From the NCBI GenBank assembly GCA_036229005.1, contig JAZAMN010000057.1:32198-96197 (forward strand): a stretch of DNA of 64,000 bases, in the 5' to 3' direction. The notes beneath the pieces are model-generated. The model searched no databases, was not told the origin of the DNA, and worked only from the letters and a program-made list of their open reading frames with translations. Source of the stretch: Myxococcota bacterium. Its GTDB lineage: Bacteria > Myxococcota_A > UBA796 > CAJQPC01. Made by a program: the position numbers and the translations under genes. This document shows, in pieces, positions 10,891 to 20,417 of this stretch. Positions within the stretch are counted from its first letter, which is position 1; every line of letters begins with the position of its first letter.

Positions 10891-11763
10891 TCAGAGCCCG
10901 CCCTTGTCGAAGCTCGGATCCGGCGTCCCGCTCAGGCATCCCAGCACCCAGGGGTAGGTGTCGGTCACGTAGTAGCCGTACTGCCCGTCCACGGTCATCC
11001 CGTTGCATTCGTCCAGGTCGCCGGCGTCCGTGAACGCGTAGTCGTCCTCGTACATGCCGTCGTAGCTACCGCCGGGGGAGTCCTCGCCGCTGGGGCGCTC
11101 TCCCTCGCGCAGCGTGTAGCCGGACACGGCCTTGCGGACGGTGCCCTCCTCGTCCACGAACCAGCTCCCGTAGATGGGGAAGCCGTCGGCGGCGAAGCCG
11201 ATCACCGGGCTGCCGTTGGCCCCGGGCTGGTCGTCGAACATGGCCTTGGGGTTGCCGTGGTAGTGGTAGCCGCCGTCCGGCTGGGTGTGCGCGTTGTGGG
11301 CGTCCGCCCCCATCTTGTGCTCGGTGCCCAGGGGCGCGACCAGCCAGTCGTCGTCCACCTGGCAGCCGATCGGCGTGTTGCCGTCAGCGTCGGCCATGGG
11401 GTCGTCGGGCTTGTAGCAGCTCGCTGAGAGCAGATCGACGGGCACCCCGTTGAGCATGATCGCGTCGTAGGACCCGTGCCCCAGCGCGGTGGGCTGCGCG
11501 GCCAGCTCGGGGTCGCGGGGGATCTCGAAGCTGCGGCTCACCTCCTGGACCTGCGTGGCGAAGTCCGCGCTCTCGTCATCGAAGTCGTGGTTGGGGATGT
11601 TGTTGGAGACCAGCACGCAGTGGTCGTCCTGGGCCTCGATGTCGACCTCGCCCAGGAAGCCCTCGTTGCGCTGCAGGTCCAGGACGCTGGAGAAGTACGA
11701 CTCGTCGTAGTCCGCACAGTCCGCGCTGCGGTTGCCCCTCAGCGCCGCAGCCCCATCCACCAC
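10891..11763 (-). CDS. YHYH domain protein (N-terminus uncertain)
   Basis: NNIPNH, AHTQPDGGYHYHG, SPVIGFAADGFPIYG, GDLDECNG..YGYYVTDTYP. Confidence 0.85.
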   Translation of the reverse strand: MVDGAAALRGNRSADCADYDESYFSSVLDLQRNEGFLGEVDIEAQDDHCVLVSNNIPNHDFDDESADFATQVQEVSRSFEIPRDPELAAQPTALGHGSYDAIMLNGVPVDLLSASCYKPDDPMADADGNTPIGCQVDDDWLVAPLGTEHKMGADAHNAHTQPDGGYHYHGNPKAMFDDQPGANGSPVIGFAADGFPIYGSWFVDEEGTVRKAVSGYTLREGERPSGEDSPGGSYDGMYEDDYAFTDAGDLDECNGMTVDGQYGYYVTDTYPWVLGCLSGTPDPSFDKGGL

Positions 11764-13193
11764 CCCAGCGCCCGCGCCGTCCCCTCACCAAGCTGCTCCC
11801 GCCGCCACGCGCTGGCCACGCGGAACAGCAGCTCGCTGCGGGTCGGGTACGGATGCACGGTCGTCGCGATCTGTGAAAGGCCCAGGCCCTGCGTCATGGC
11901 CAGGGTCAGCGGCGCCAGCAGCTCCCCCGCGTGCGGCGCCGCGATGCAGGCCCCGTGGATGCGCCCGCCCCTGTCCGCGTAGACCTCGCACAGACCCTGC
12001 TCCCCCTCGGCGCGGCCGCGATCCAGCTCCTCCAGGCGGTGGGAGAAGCAGCGCAGACCCAGCCGCTCCGCCTCCTCCGGCCCCACCCCGACCCAGGCCA
12101 GCTCCGGCTCCGTGTAGAGCACCCTGGGGATCACCAGCGCCCCCGCGTCCTTGCCGCCCGGGAACAGCGCGTTCTGCAGCACGACCCGCGCCTGGTGATC
12201 CGCCCCGTGGGTGGACCCCACCCCGATGACATCCCCGCAGGCGTACACATCCGGGTTCGTGCTGCGCAGCCGACCATCGACCACCACCCCCTGCGCGCCC
12301 ACCTGCACCCCGGCCTTGTCCGGATCGAAGTCCAGGCGAGGGGCGCGGCCCGTGGCCACCAACACCCGCTGGCACACCACCTGGGCCTGCCCCTCCACAC
12401 ACACCTCCACCGGCCCCTCTCCCGCCAGCGAGGTCACCCTGGCGCCAACCTGGATCTGTACGCCATCCCTACGGAGCTGCTCCTTCAGCACCTCGACGGC
12501 GGACATCGGCCAGTCCGGCAGGAGACGGGGTCCCCGCTCCAGGAGGTGGACCCGGGCCCCCAAGCGGCCGAAGGCCTGCGCCAGCTCACACCCCACCGCG
12601 CCTCCTCCCAGCACGACCAGGGACTCCGGGAGCGCCTCCAGCGCCCAGAGACTGTGGGTGTCCAGCGCGCGCTCGATGCCGGGGATCCGGGGTCGGGTGG
12701 GGCCCGCGCCGGTGGCGATCAGGGCCTTGGCGAAGCGCAGGGTGTGCTCCCCCACCTGCACGCGATCTCGCCCGGCAAAGCGCCCGTGCCCCAGGAACAC
12801 GTCCACGCCGGTCTCGCGCAGGCGCTCCGGGCTGTCGTGGGGGGCGATGTCCGCGCGGGTCTTGCGCGCCCGCTCCATGACCGCGGCGAAGTCGACCTGG
12901 ACCTCTGTCGCACAAACCCCCAGATGCGACAGGGAGCGGGCCCGCGCGGCGGCGTGGGCGCTGGCAAGCAGGACCTTGGAGGGGACGCAGCCCTGGTTCA
13001 GGCAGTCCCCGCCCAAGAGGGCACTCTCCACCAGCGCGACCTTGGCCCCCAGCCCCGCCGCGCCCAGGGCGGCGATCAGGCCCGCGGGGCCGCCACCCAG
13101 CACCACCAGGTTGTAGCGGGCCGCCGGCTCCGGGTTCACCCAGTCCGGGGGGCGCAAGGTCTGGCGCAGGCGCGCATCGTGGGAGCTGGGCAT
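11739..13193 (-). CDS. Class I pyridine nucleotide-disulfide oxidoreductase (Lpd/MerA-like)
   Basis: GGGPAG FAD motif, GGDCLNQGCVPSK redox Cys pair, GGGAVG, HPYPTRSE. No C-terminal Cys-Cys pair. Confidence 0.9.
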   Translation of the reverse strand: MPSSHDARLRQTLRPPDWVNPEPAARYNLVVLGGGPAGLIAALGAAGLGAKVALVESALLGGDCLNQGCVPSKVLLASAHAAARARSLSHLGVCATEVQVDFAAVMERARKTRADIAPHDSPERLRETGVDVFLGHGRFAGRDRVQVGEHTLRFAKALIATGAGPTRPRIPGIERALDTHSLWALEALPESLVVLGGGAVGCELAQAFGRLGARVHLLERGPRLLPDWPMSAVEVLKEQLRRDGVQIQVGARVTSLAGEGPVEVCVEGQAQVVCQRVLVATGRAPRLDFDPDKAGVQVGAQGVVVDGRLRSTNPDVYACGDVIGVGSTHGADHQARVVLQNALFPGGKDAGALVIPRVLYTEPELAWVGVGPEEAERLGLRCFSHRLEELDRGRAEGEQGLCEVYADRGGRIHGACIAAPHAGELLAPLTLAMTQGLGLSQIATTVHPYPTRSELLFRVASAWRREQLGEGTARALGWWMGLRR

Positions 13194-13217
13194 GTTCCTT
13201 CCCTATACGGAAGCAGA

Positions 13218-13246
13218 TTGACGCATGATAGCCCCCCGCGTAGGCT
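13218..13246 (+). promoter_or_regulatory. Sigma70-type promoter, probably leaderless
   Basis: TTGACG-N17-TAGGCT, then 7 nt to the ATG at 13254. Confidence 0.6.
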
Positions 13247-13253
13247 GAGGCCC

Positions 13254-13712
13254 ATGACCGAGCGAGACCCGCAGCTTGTCCAGGACGGCGAAGCCGCCGC
13301 CCGCGCCCTCAGTGAGCACCCCGCCGACGCGCGGCAGGAGCTCTTTGGCATCCGGGACCTGGCCAAGGAGTTCGGCATCACCCCCCGGGCCATCCGCTTC
13401 TACGAGGACAAGGGGCTGCTGGCGCCCCAGCGCGTCAACAACAGCCGGGTCTACAGCCGGAGGGAGCGGGCGCGCCTGGCGCTGATCCTCCGTGGCAAGG
13501 CCATCGGCTGCAGCCTCTCCGAGATCGCCCACTACCTGGAGCTCTACGGCGAGCAGGGCAAGGGCCGCCGCGCCCAGCTCGAGTTCGTGATCGAGCGCAC
13601 CCAGCAGGAGATCGACGCCCTGGAGACCCGCAAGGCCCACCTGGAGGCCCAGCTTGAGCGCCTGCGCTGGTACAATGAGAGCGCGCGGGGGAGCTTGGGA
13701 GAGCTGGAGTAG
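13254..13712 (+). CDS. MerR-family regulator, LiuR-like
   Basis: FGIRDLAKEFGITPRAIRFYEDKGLLAPQR..RVYSRRERARLALILRGKAIGCSLSEI. A LiuR-type site precedes the carboxylase operon. Confidence 0.85.
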   Translation: MTERDPQLVQDGEAAARALSEHPADARQELFGIRDLAKEFGITPRAIRFYEDKGLLAPQRVNNSRVYSRRERARLALILRGKAIGCSLSEIAHYLELYGEQGKGRRAQLEFVIERTQQEIDALETRKAHLEAQLERLRWYNESARGSLGELE

Positions 13713-13734
13713 CGGCTGGACGTCACAGCGGCGG

Positions 13735-13982
13735 GCGCAAGTTGGGCTGAACGCAACAGCGGCGGGCGCAAGTCGGGCTGAACGCAACAGCGGCGGGCGC
13801 AAGTCGGGCTGAACGCAACAGCGGCGGGCGCAAGTCGGGCTGAACGCGACAATGCCGGGCTCAGCGGGGCCGAGTTCGGTGGCTTCTTGGCTCCGATGTT
13901 GCGTTCAGAGGCACTTGCGCAGCCCCGTGTTGCGTTCACAGGCACTTGCGCAGCCCCGTGTTGCGTTCACGGGCACTTGCGC
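13735..13982. repeat. 31-bp-phased inverted array element, family A, copy 2
   Basis: GCGCAAGT-N7-AACGCAACA at 13735/13766/13797/13828; inverted at 13897/13928/13959; 45-bp centre; lies between convergent genes. Confidence 0.9.
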
Positions 13983-13983
13983 C

Positions 13984-14802
13984 CTACTCCACCTGGGCAT
14001 TCAACTCCGTCACCACCTCGAACACCTCCCCAATCTGTGCGAAGTCCACCAGGATGAGCTGCGGGCTGCGCCCGATGGCCTCGCACTGGGCGATGCGGTC
14101 CCAGAGCACCTGGGCGGTGTTGGCCTGCGCGGCGAGCTCTTCGCTGGCCAAGGGGTCGGTCAGGAAGTGGGCCATGTAGGTGTAGCTCTGGTCCTCCCCG
14201 CCGCGTCGGAAGCCGCAGTCGAAATCGTCGACCGTCTCGTAGGCGTAGTCGGTCTCCCAGACCTGCGCGTTGATGTCCCCGTACCAGTCGGGGTCGCCCC
14301 CCTCGCGGTCCGTCCAGACCACCAGGCGCTGGCCGCTGTCGATCATCTGTTGGAGGGTGGGCCAGGGCTCCGCCGGGTCCCGCGTGGCGACGTGATCGAT
14401 CAGCCCGGAGGCCTCGAACGCGCCCACCATCTGCTCGGCGGAGATGTAGGCCTCGAAGGTCAGGGACAGGACCTGGTCCGGGTTGGCGTCCAGCCACGCA
14501 GACAGCTCCGAAAGGACCTCCACCAGAGGCCTGGAGCCCAGCGAGCAGTATCCGTGGCAGGTGAGCAGCGCGCCCAGCTCTTCGTAGACATCCAGGTTCA
14601 ACGCCCGGACTCCGCTGTCGAGCTGCTCGAGCATGTCCAGGTTCTGGTTGGGCGGCTTGAAGTCCCAGCCAGGGCTGCTCATGGAGTTGTGGGTGCCCAC
14701 GACCACGACCTGATCGAAGGGCCGCGCGCAGTGTTCAGCGGCGCCGTTGCAGGAGGGCGGCTGGATGGTCTCGGGGGCGCAGGCCAGAAAGAGCAGGAGC
14801 AT
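13984..14802 (-). CDS. PI-PLC X-domain / PLC-like phosphodiesterase lipoprotein
   Basis: MLLLFLAC; GTHNSMS, NQNLDMLEQLDSGVRALNLD, LTCHG, WLDANPDQVLSLTFE. TACGCT lies 6 nt upstream of the ATG. Confidence 0.85.
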   Translation of the reverse strand: MLLLFLACAPETIQPPSCNGAAEHCARPFDQVVVVGTHNSMSSPGWDFKPPNQNLDMLEQLDSGVRALNLDVYEELGALLTCHGYCSLGSRPLVEVLSELSAWLDANPDQVLSLTFEAYISAEQMVGAFEASGLIDHVATRDPAEPWPTLQQMIDSGQRLVVWTDREGGDPDWYGDINAQVWETDYAYETVDDFDCGFRRGGEDQSYTYMAHFLTDPLASEELAAQANTAQVLWDRIAQCEAIGRSPQLILVDFAQIGEVFEVVTELNAQVE

Positions 14803-14931
14803 CCTGCGAGCGTAGAACAGCGCCCCGCAGGACCCAAGCGACACTTGCAGGTTTACGGATTCCCGCGGCATGACACCCTCTGGTTGACATTGCCGCTTCA
14901 AGCGGCAACGCTGAGAGCCGAGGGATGTCCT

Positions 14932-15747
14932 ATGTTCCACCTGATCCTGCTTGCCTGCACCACCGAGCCCGCCGACTCGGAGACCGACTGCTTTGACGGC
15001 GTCGACGAGGACCGCGACGGCCTGATGGACTGCGAGGACGCCGACTGCGCCGACGCCTGGGCGTGTACCGAGAGCGACTGCTCGGACGGCTCGGACAACG
15101 ACGGGGACGGCCTCGCTGACTGCGACGACGACGACTGCCTGGCGCGGCAGGAGTGCGGCCTGGAGCGGGAGCTGGTGCTCAGTAGCGCGCAGCTCTACCG
15201 CACGGAGACCCACGGCCGGCTCAAGGACGGAGATATCGAACAATTGAGCACGCGGTACGCCGCCACCCTTGCCGACCTGGAGGGCAGCATTCGCTACTCC
15301 AAGGTCCCCGGGGCCGCCCTGTCCACTGCGAGCCAGGTGGGAAGCTGTAGCTTCCACTTTGACCGTCTGGAGCTGGGCTTCAACACCAGCAGCTTCGCGA
15401 TGCAGCACAGCTTCACCGAGCCCTCCAGCTCTGGGCTCGTGCTGGGTAGTGGCTGCGAGGGACTGAGCGCCGAGGACCTGTTCCCGCTCCAGAAGCAGCT
15501 CCACTACCTGGACCGGGATCCCCTCCGCTCCTACGGCTTCATCGGGCATGGGGTGGGCGAGATCTGGGCGCAGTCCTCCACCGCCGTCGTCGTGCCCTGG
15601 GTCTCCGGTTCGGAAGAGATCGGGCGCACCACCACCAGCGACGGCGCGGGCTCCGGCAGCAGCTATCTGGGCAGCTCGGTCCAGGTGATCGAGTTCAGCG
15701 GGGAGGTGTCCGGGAGAGAGCCGCTGGTGTGGACGAAGACGGAGTAG
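14932..15747 (+). CDS. Lipoprotein with Cys/Asp-rich Ca-binding-type repeats
   Basis: MFHLILLAC; CFDGVDEDRDGLMDCEDADC and CSDGSDNDGDGLADCDDDDC. Confidence 0.75.
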   Translation: MFHLILLACTTEPADSETDCFDGVDEDRDGLMDCEDADCADAWACTESDCSDGSDNDGDGLADCDDDDCLARQECGLERELVLSSAQLYRTETHGRLKDGDIEQLSTRYAATLADLEGSIRYSKVPGAALSTASQVGSCSFHFDRLELGFNTSSFAMQHSFTEPSSSGLVLGSGCEGLSAEDLFPLQKQLHYLDRDPLRSYGFIGHGVGEIWAQSSTAVVVPWVSGSEEIGRTTTSDGAGSGSSYLGSSVQVIEFSGEVSGREPLVWTKTE

Positions 15748-15812
15748 GGTCAAGCGCGTGGTCAGGGGGGAACGGTGGTGGCGGGCTGACCGAGCCCAAG
15801 CACCGCTGCGAG

Positions 15813-16081
15813 GGGCATCGCCACCTGAACGCCCGGTATCGCCGGGCATCGGCACCTGAATGCCCGGTATTGCCGGGCATCGGCACCTGAACGCCCGCCC
15901 CTTCCGAGCATCAACACCTGAACGCCCGGTCTTTCCGAGCATCGGCACTTGAATGCCCGATTTCGCAGGTCATCGGAACCTCAACGCCCAGGTTCTGGTG
16001 CCAAAGCCGCGCTGAGGCGGGATCTGGCGGGCGTTCGGACCCAGATGCTCCCCGGAGTCGTGCGTTTGCCCCGGGATGCCC
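15813..16081. repeat. 31-bp-phased inverted array element, family D
   Basis: Six direct units of about GGGCATCG-N7-AACGCCCGG starting at 15813 with period 31; two inverted degenerate units at 16027 and 16058; 35-bp centre. Confidence 0.8.
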
Positions 16082-16147
16082 TCCTGCGCGTGGCACACGG
16101 GGACGTACGGCAGTGGGTGCTGACGGACCGGAATGGGCAGTCGACGC

Positions 16148-16840
16148 TCAGAAGCTGCCTGCCAGGCCCAGGGCGGGCTGGCCGTCGACGACGGTGACCA
16201 TGGGCTCCACCGTGAAGTGCATCAGAATCCGGTGCTCGGTGGTGGCTTCCCGAGGCCCGCCGGGGGCGAGCTGGAGCATCTGCTCGATCTGGATGACCGG
16301 AGCGGCGATCCAGAAGAGGGTGGCGACGCAGACACCACCAAAGCCCAGCAAAGAGGCCGCTTGGGGGGCCACGTTGTAGAGGAGTGCCGCGCCTGCGACG
16401 CTGAAGCTGGCCACGGCCACACCGGAGACCAGCCAGCGTGCTCCCGCAGAGGGGAGGTCGGTGTCCAGATGGTTGTAGGCGCGCAGGCCCGAGATGGTGG
16501 CCACACCCAGTCCGCCAACGACACCCACCTCACCGGCAAACACCGCAGTGAATCCGACCAGGGCGGCTGCGGTCCCTGCCACGGGAAAGGGCTCAATGAG
16601 CGCCGCACCTATGAGCCCTACGCCGAGGCCCCCGAACACGACCGGCAGCGACCACAGAACCGTTCGCTCCGCGAGCTGCGCCCGGCGCAGGAACTTCTCG
16701 AAGTCCAGCAGCTCAGGGGGCGAGGGCGCCAATACCTCGGGGCTGGGGGCCGCCTCGACCGAGTTCGGGGCTTCGGCGGCGTGCGCGGAGAGGGTCATGG
16801 CGAGAGCGAGGATCACTGCCAGAGCATACGCTTGAACCAC
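16148..16840 (-). CDS. Hypothetical membrane/exported protein (start uncertain)
   Basis: Signal-like N-terminus (AHA/AE), several Gly-rich hydrophobic segments, C-terminal PALGLAGSF. Confidence 0.6.
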   Translation of the reverse strand: MVQAYALAVILALAMTLSAHAAEAPNSVEAAPSPEVLAPSPPELLDFEKFLRRAQLAERTVLWSLPVVFGGLGVGLIGAALIEPFPVAGTAAALVGFTAVFAGEVGVVGGLGVATISGLRAYNHLDTDLPSAGARWLVSGVAVASFSVAGAALLYNVAPQAASLLGFGGVCVATLFWIAAPVIQIEQMLQLAPGGPREATTEHRILMHFTVEPMVTVVDGQPALGLAGSF

Positions 16841-16934
16841 CCGGACCAGGCAGTACGTAAATGTGGTGGGCGGAGACCTGAGGGCCACCGAAATCTGAGC
16901 GCCCCTGCCGCGTAGCCCTCCCCAGAGGAGCGCC

Positions 16935-17924
16935 GTGCAGCCCCCAGGACCACACCCCGACCAAGCCCGCAGGCGCCTGCAGTGGGCGAGCTCCCTGAGC
17001 TTCGCCTGGACCGTCGCCGGCCTGATGGCCTACAGTACAGAACCGTGGGTGGACACCCTTGGGCTGGGCGCAGCAGCCGCCATGACCCTCATCATCCGCA
17101 CCCTGCTGTCCAGCGCGCGCCTCATCGGCGCTCGGGAGCGCGCTGCCTTCTTTGTGTTCGCCTCCGGTCTGCTCGCCCTCGGCCTGAGCGGCTGGCTGGT
17201 GCGCCTGGAGCCCGGGCCTCACCGAGCCGCGCTGCGGGACATCGCCATCGCGTACCAGCCCCTGTGGCTGCAGGCCTGGCTGATGCTCGGCTACGGCTTG
17301 CTGGCGCGGGTGCATCGGCCGACCCTGGGGCCCCTGTCCACCCGCCTGGTAGCCCTGGTCTACCCGTTTGTGGGCCTGCCCTCTCTGTGGTTGTTCTCCA
17401 GGGTCTACGGTGTCGAGCCCGGTCTTGGTCCCCTCCCAGCGATCTGTGCCACCTTGGTCCTGATCGGCGTCGCCACCACCCCCGAGTCCGAAGCCCAGCT
17501 CCGCCTCGCCGCGGAGCGCCTCTCAGATCCCCGCGTCCAGCTCCGTGGGGACACCCTGCCCCTGCGCGTCGAGATCTGTGTTCCATGCTCCTGGCGCCAC
17601 CGCGCCGCACCTCGCCGGCGGAACCCAGTGCTTGACGAGCTGCTGGGCCCTGGACTGGAGGCGGTGGACCTGGGTGTGCTGGAGCGAGAGGATCCGGGCC
17701 CTCTGTTGGCTGTGTTCCACAACTTCCCACAGTCTCGGCTGGAGCCCGGCACCCTGACCCTGGTGGCCACCGACGAGGACATGGCGGCGCTGGCCAAGGC
17801 CACACAGACCGACGTGACCCAGGCGCTGCGGGTTTGTGTCGCTCGGGCGGAGCGGCTGGCGGGGTTGCTCGGGCGCGAGCCCCTCGACCTCACCGCTTCC
17901 GACCCGCCACCTCCTCGCGCTTGA
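16935..17924 (+). CDS. Hypothetical polytopic membrane protein
   Basis: RBS GAGGAG with GTG start; about 6 hydrophobic segments followed by a soluble domain. Confidence 0.6.
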   Translation: MQPPGPHPDQARRRLQWASSLSFAWTVAGLMAYSTEPWVDTLGLGAAAAMTLIIRTLLSSARLIGARERAAFFVFASGLLALGLSGWLVRLEPGPHRAALRDIAIAYQPLWLQAWLMLGYGLLARVHRPTLGPLSTRLVALVYPFVGLPSLWLFSRVYGVEPGLGPLPAICATLVLIGVATTPESEAQLRLAAERLSDPRVQLRGDTLPLRVEICVPCSWRHRAAPRRRNPVLDELLGPGLEAVDLGVLEREDPGPLLAVFHNFPQSRLEPGTLTLVATDEDMAALAKATQTDVTQALRVCVARAERLAGLLGREPLDLTASDPPPPRA

Positions 17925-18573
17925 CCAGCTCCCACATGGTGCCGCCGCAGCCCCCCCAGGCGGCCTCTTCCACGGGCTCGCCCGTCCACTCCTCAAGGGC
18001 CTGCCAGAAGAGCCAGGTGCGCTCCGGAAAACGCTGGTGCTCCCTACAGACGCTGTCGAGAAGGACCAGAGTGGTGTCCGTCCAGAGCCAGACCTCACCG
18101 GAGTAGTCCGTGATGCATCCCTCGGCGACGGCGGAGAGCACCAGGCGCTCGGGCTCGCCGCTGGGAAGCTCGGCGATGTGGACCGCAAAGTGAGGGTCGT
18201 GGCTGCCAGGATTCCGCTCGATGTGGTTTGGCTCCCGCGGGTGACGCCTGAACCAGCCCGAGGCGACCTGCGTCTCGACCATCAGCGCGCCGTTGGCCCA
18301 GCCAGGGACACGCTCGCGAGCCTGACGCATGACGGGTGTGACCCCCGCCTCGCCGTAGCTGTGGCAGCGCTCGCCGTCCCGGCCAGGCGGACCTCCAGGG
18401 CCGATGCGCATGGTGTGCACCTCGTAGTCGGCAGTGGGACTCGCGCCTGCCCAGTGCGCATAGATGCTGGGCTCCAGGTCGGAGTGGAACCAGGCCTCCA
18501 GGCGCTCGCGCCAGACTTCGAGAGAGCTGGGCGCAGGAGAACTCTGGGCCACAAGAAGGGGTAGGAGCAGCAT
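17890..18573 (-). CDS. Hypothetical exported protein
   Basis: RBS GAGG, short hydrophobic N-terminus MLLLPLLVA, protein-like composition. Confidence 0.55.
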   Translation of the reverse strand: MLLLPLLVAQSSPAPSSLEVWRERLEAWFHSDLEPSIYAHWAGASPTADYEVHTMRIGPGGPPGRDGERCHSYGEAGVTPVMRQARERVPGWANGALMVETQVASGWFRRHPREPNHIERNPGSHDPHFAVHIAELPSGEPERLVLSAVAEGCITDYSGEVWLWTDTTLVLLDSVCREHQRFPERTWLFWQALEEWTGEPVEEAAWGGCGGTMWELVKREEVAGRKR

Positions 18574-18653
18574 GGGAACCTCTTGAAGGCAGACAGCTGC
18601 TGGCCCGTCGCGGTTCCGGCTGAACTAGCGACTCCCCCGGGTCGAAGGCCCCG

Positions 18654-19229
18654 TCAGGAGGCCGATGGCTCAGGCCATGTGAGCCCATCGGGCCGGAACC
18701 ACAGCTGCACCTCGATCTCCATCCACAGCGGGCGCGACCAGGGAATCCCGGCCCAGCGCTCCAGCTGGCTGTTCAGCTCAGTCAGCAGATGGACCTCCCC
18801 GACCGCGGGGTGCTCGATTCCCCGAGCGCGCCGGAACTGCGGGTCCAGGCAGAAGCTGTCGAAGAAGGTGAAGGAGGCAGCGTCCCCCGGGACGGCAGCG
18901 AGCGCGAGCTGGACGCCGACACGCTCGGGACTCCGGCGCTCCACCGCCTGACTCCGACCCAACAGGGCGTAGAAGGGAAAGCGGACCTGAGCCCGACCAC
19001 CCCGCGCCTCGAAGCCCGTGCGCAGCTCGTCCTCCACCCGCTGGCGCGTCCGCACGTAGTCCGGATCTGCATAGCGGGCGGCGTTGGGGACGTGGCCCGC
19101 CGCCAGGACCTCCGCCCGCTCGGCGGGGGTGAGGGCCATCAGGCTCTGGAAGGGGCGGCCGCAGAAGTAGTGGGTGAGGAAGGTCGCGACCTCTCCCTGC
19201 GCGTCGGAGGCTTCGCTCACGGACTTCAC
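18654..19229 (-). CDS. Hypothetical protein
   Basis: GTGA-coupled to the 2OG oxygenase; motifs LTHYF..PFQSL, FPFYALLG, SFTFFDS, IEVQLW. Confidence 0.65.
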   Translation of the reverse strand: MKSVSEASDAQGEVATFLTHYFCGRPFQSLMALTPAERAEVLAAGHVPNAARYADPDYVRTRQRVEDELRTGFEARGGRAQVRFPFYALLGRSQAVERRSPERVGVQLALAAVPGDAASFTFFDSFCLDPQFRRARGIEHPAVGEVHLLTELNSQLERWAGIPWSRPLWMEIEVQLWFRPDGLTWPEPSAS

Positions 19230-20401
19230 TCCCGAACCAGGACGACCGCCGCCTGGTGATACCACTGCTCGGCGGTGCCGCCCTCGTTGCCGTTCCACGG
19301 CTCGGCGGACAGGCTGTAGGGGTTCCGCTCCAGCGCGGACATCAGGGAGATGACCTGCCGGGCCTCCACCGGCCCAGCCATCCCTCGGATGCGCTGTCCA
19401 GCGCCATCAAAGACGACCACGAGACGGAGCTCCCGCTCCAGGAGCCCCTCGAAGGCATCGCGATTCACCGCCTGGCCCTCGAGCGTCCCTCCTTCTCCGC
19501 CCTCCTCCCCATCGACATACTCGTAGGCCTCCCGGACATCGACAAAGGCCAACGCGCAACGCAGCCCCAAATCCTCTGCGCACGCCCGGAGCGCCCCCAC
19601 CCGCTCAGCATCCAGCAGCCGGAGGCGGTCCCACCCAAAGCGCTGCTCGGTGTAGACGTGGTCCAGCATCACGACCAAGCGCTCCTCGGACTCAAAGTAG
19701 CGTTCCAGCAGCGCGCCGAGCTCCGAAGGGTCGGCCCCTACCCGCGGAGCGTGCCGGACCCGACCCCGGAGGGCGAAGGTCAGGGACACCCGGCGGCCTC
19801 CCTGCACTGGCTCGATCTCGTGCACGCAGTCCGCGTAGAAGGCCACAAACCCCAGGCGACGCTCCTGCGCCAGGGCGCCCAGCTCGAAGCGCTCGGTCCG
19901 TCCCCCGTGCCGGACCACCAGCGCGCCGCCTTCGTGCTCGGTCGGCAGCACCACCACCAAGCTGCCCCACATGCGCTCGTCCAGCTCGGTGTCCCGATGG
20001 GGCGCAAAGAAGCCCCCAGGCTCGTACACGATGAGCTTCTGCAGGGAGGCCTCGACCTCCACGTCTGCGCGGATCTCCAGGCGCTCCTTGAGCTGCTGGA
20101 TCGCCCGCTTGAGCCGCCGCTCCCAGCCCGAGCTGAGCTCGATCTGCGCCGCCAGCACCTCGCTTGAGCGGCGAACCGTCTCATCGTGCAGCGTCTGGTC
20201 GCGCCGTCCAAAGGGTGAGGGGCGACCCTCTTGGATCAGCCCGTCAACGAACTCATCCGTCAGAGGAAGCCGCGAGCGACCGACACCCTCCACCGTGAGG
20301 GCGAGCCCCATGCAGGCCAGATCCACGCTGGCTGCGACAGCGCCAGGAGACTCCATCGCTCGGAGCCAGTGTGCGATGCGCTCGGTGTGAAGTCGGTCCA
20401 T
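19226..20401 (-). CDS. 2OG-Fe(II) oxygenase superfamily protein
   Basis: KLIVYEPGGFFAPHRDTE (HxD), GSLVVVLPTEHEGG, AFYADCVHEIEPV..GRRVSLTF. Confidence 0.88.
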   Translation of the reverse strand: MDRLHTERIAHWLRAMESPGAVAASVDLACMGLALTVEGVGRSRLPLTDEFVDGLIQEGRPSPFGRRDQTLHDETVRRSSEVLAAQIELSSGWERRLKRAIQQLKERLEIRADVEVEASLQKLIVYEPGGFFAPHRDTELDERMWGSLVVVLPTEHEGGALVVRHGGRTERFELGALAQERRLGFVAFYADCVHEIEPVQGGRRVSLTFALRGRVRHAPRVGADPSELGALLERYFESEERLVVMLDHVYTEQRFGWDRLRLLDAERVGALRACAEDLGLRCALAFVDVREAYEYVDGEEGGEGGTLEGQAVNRDAFEGLLERELRLVVVFDGAGQRIRGMAGPVEARQVISLMSALERNPYSLSAEPWNGNEGGTAEQWYHQAAVVLVRE

Positions 20402-20417
20402 CCACCCTCCAGGGTAC

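Noticed and set aside
11739-13712. Mercury resistance (merA/merR) locus
   Set aside because: The reductase lacks the C-terminal Cys pair, the MerR protein lacks the Hg-binding Cys set and looks LiuR-like, and there are no merT/merP genes.
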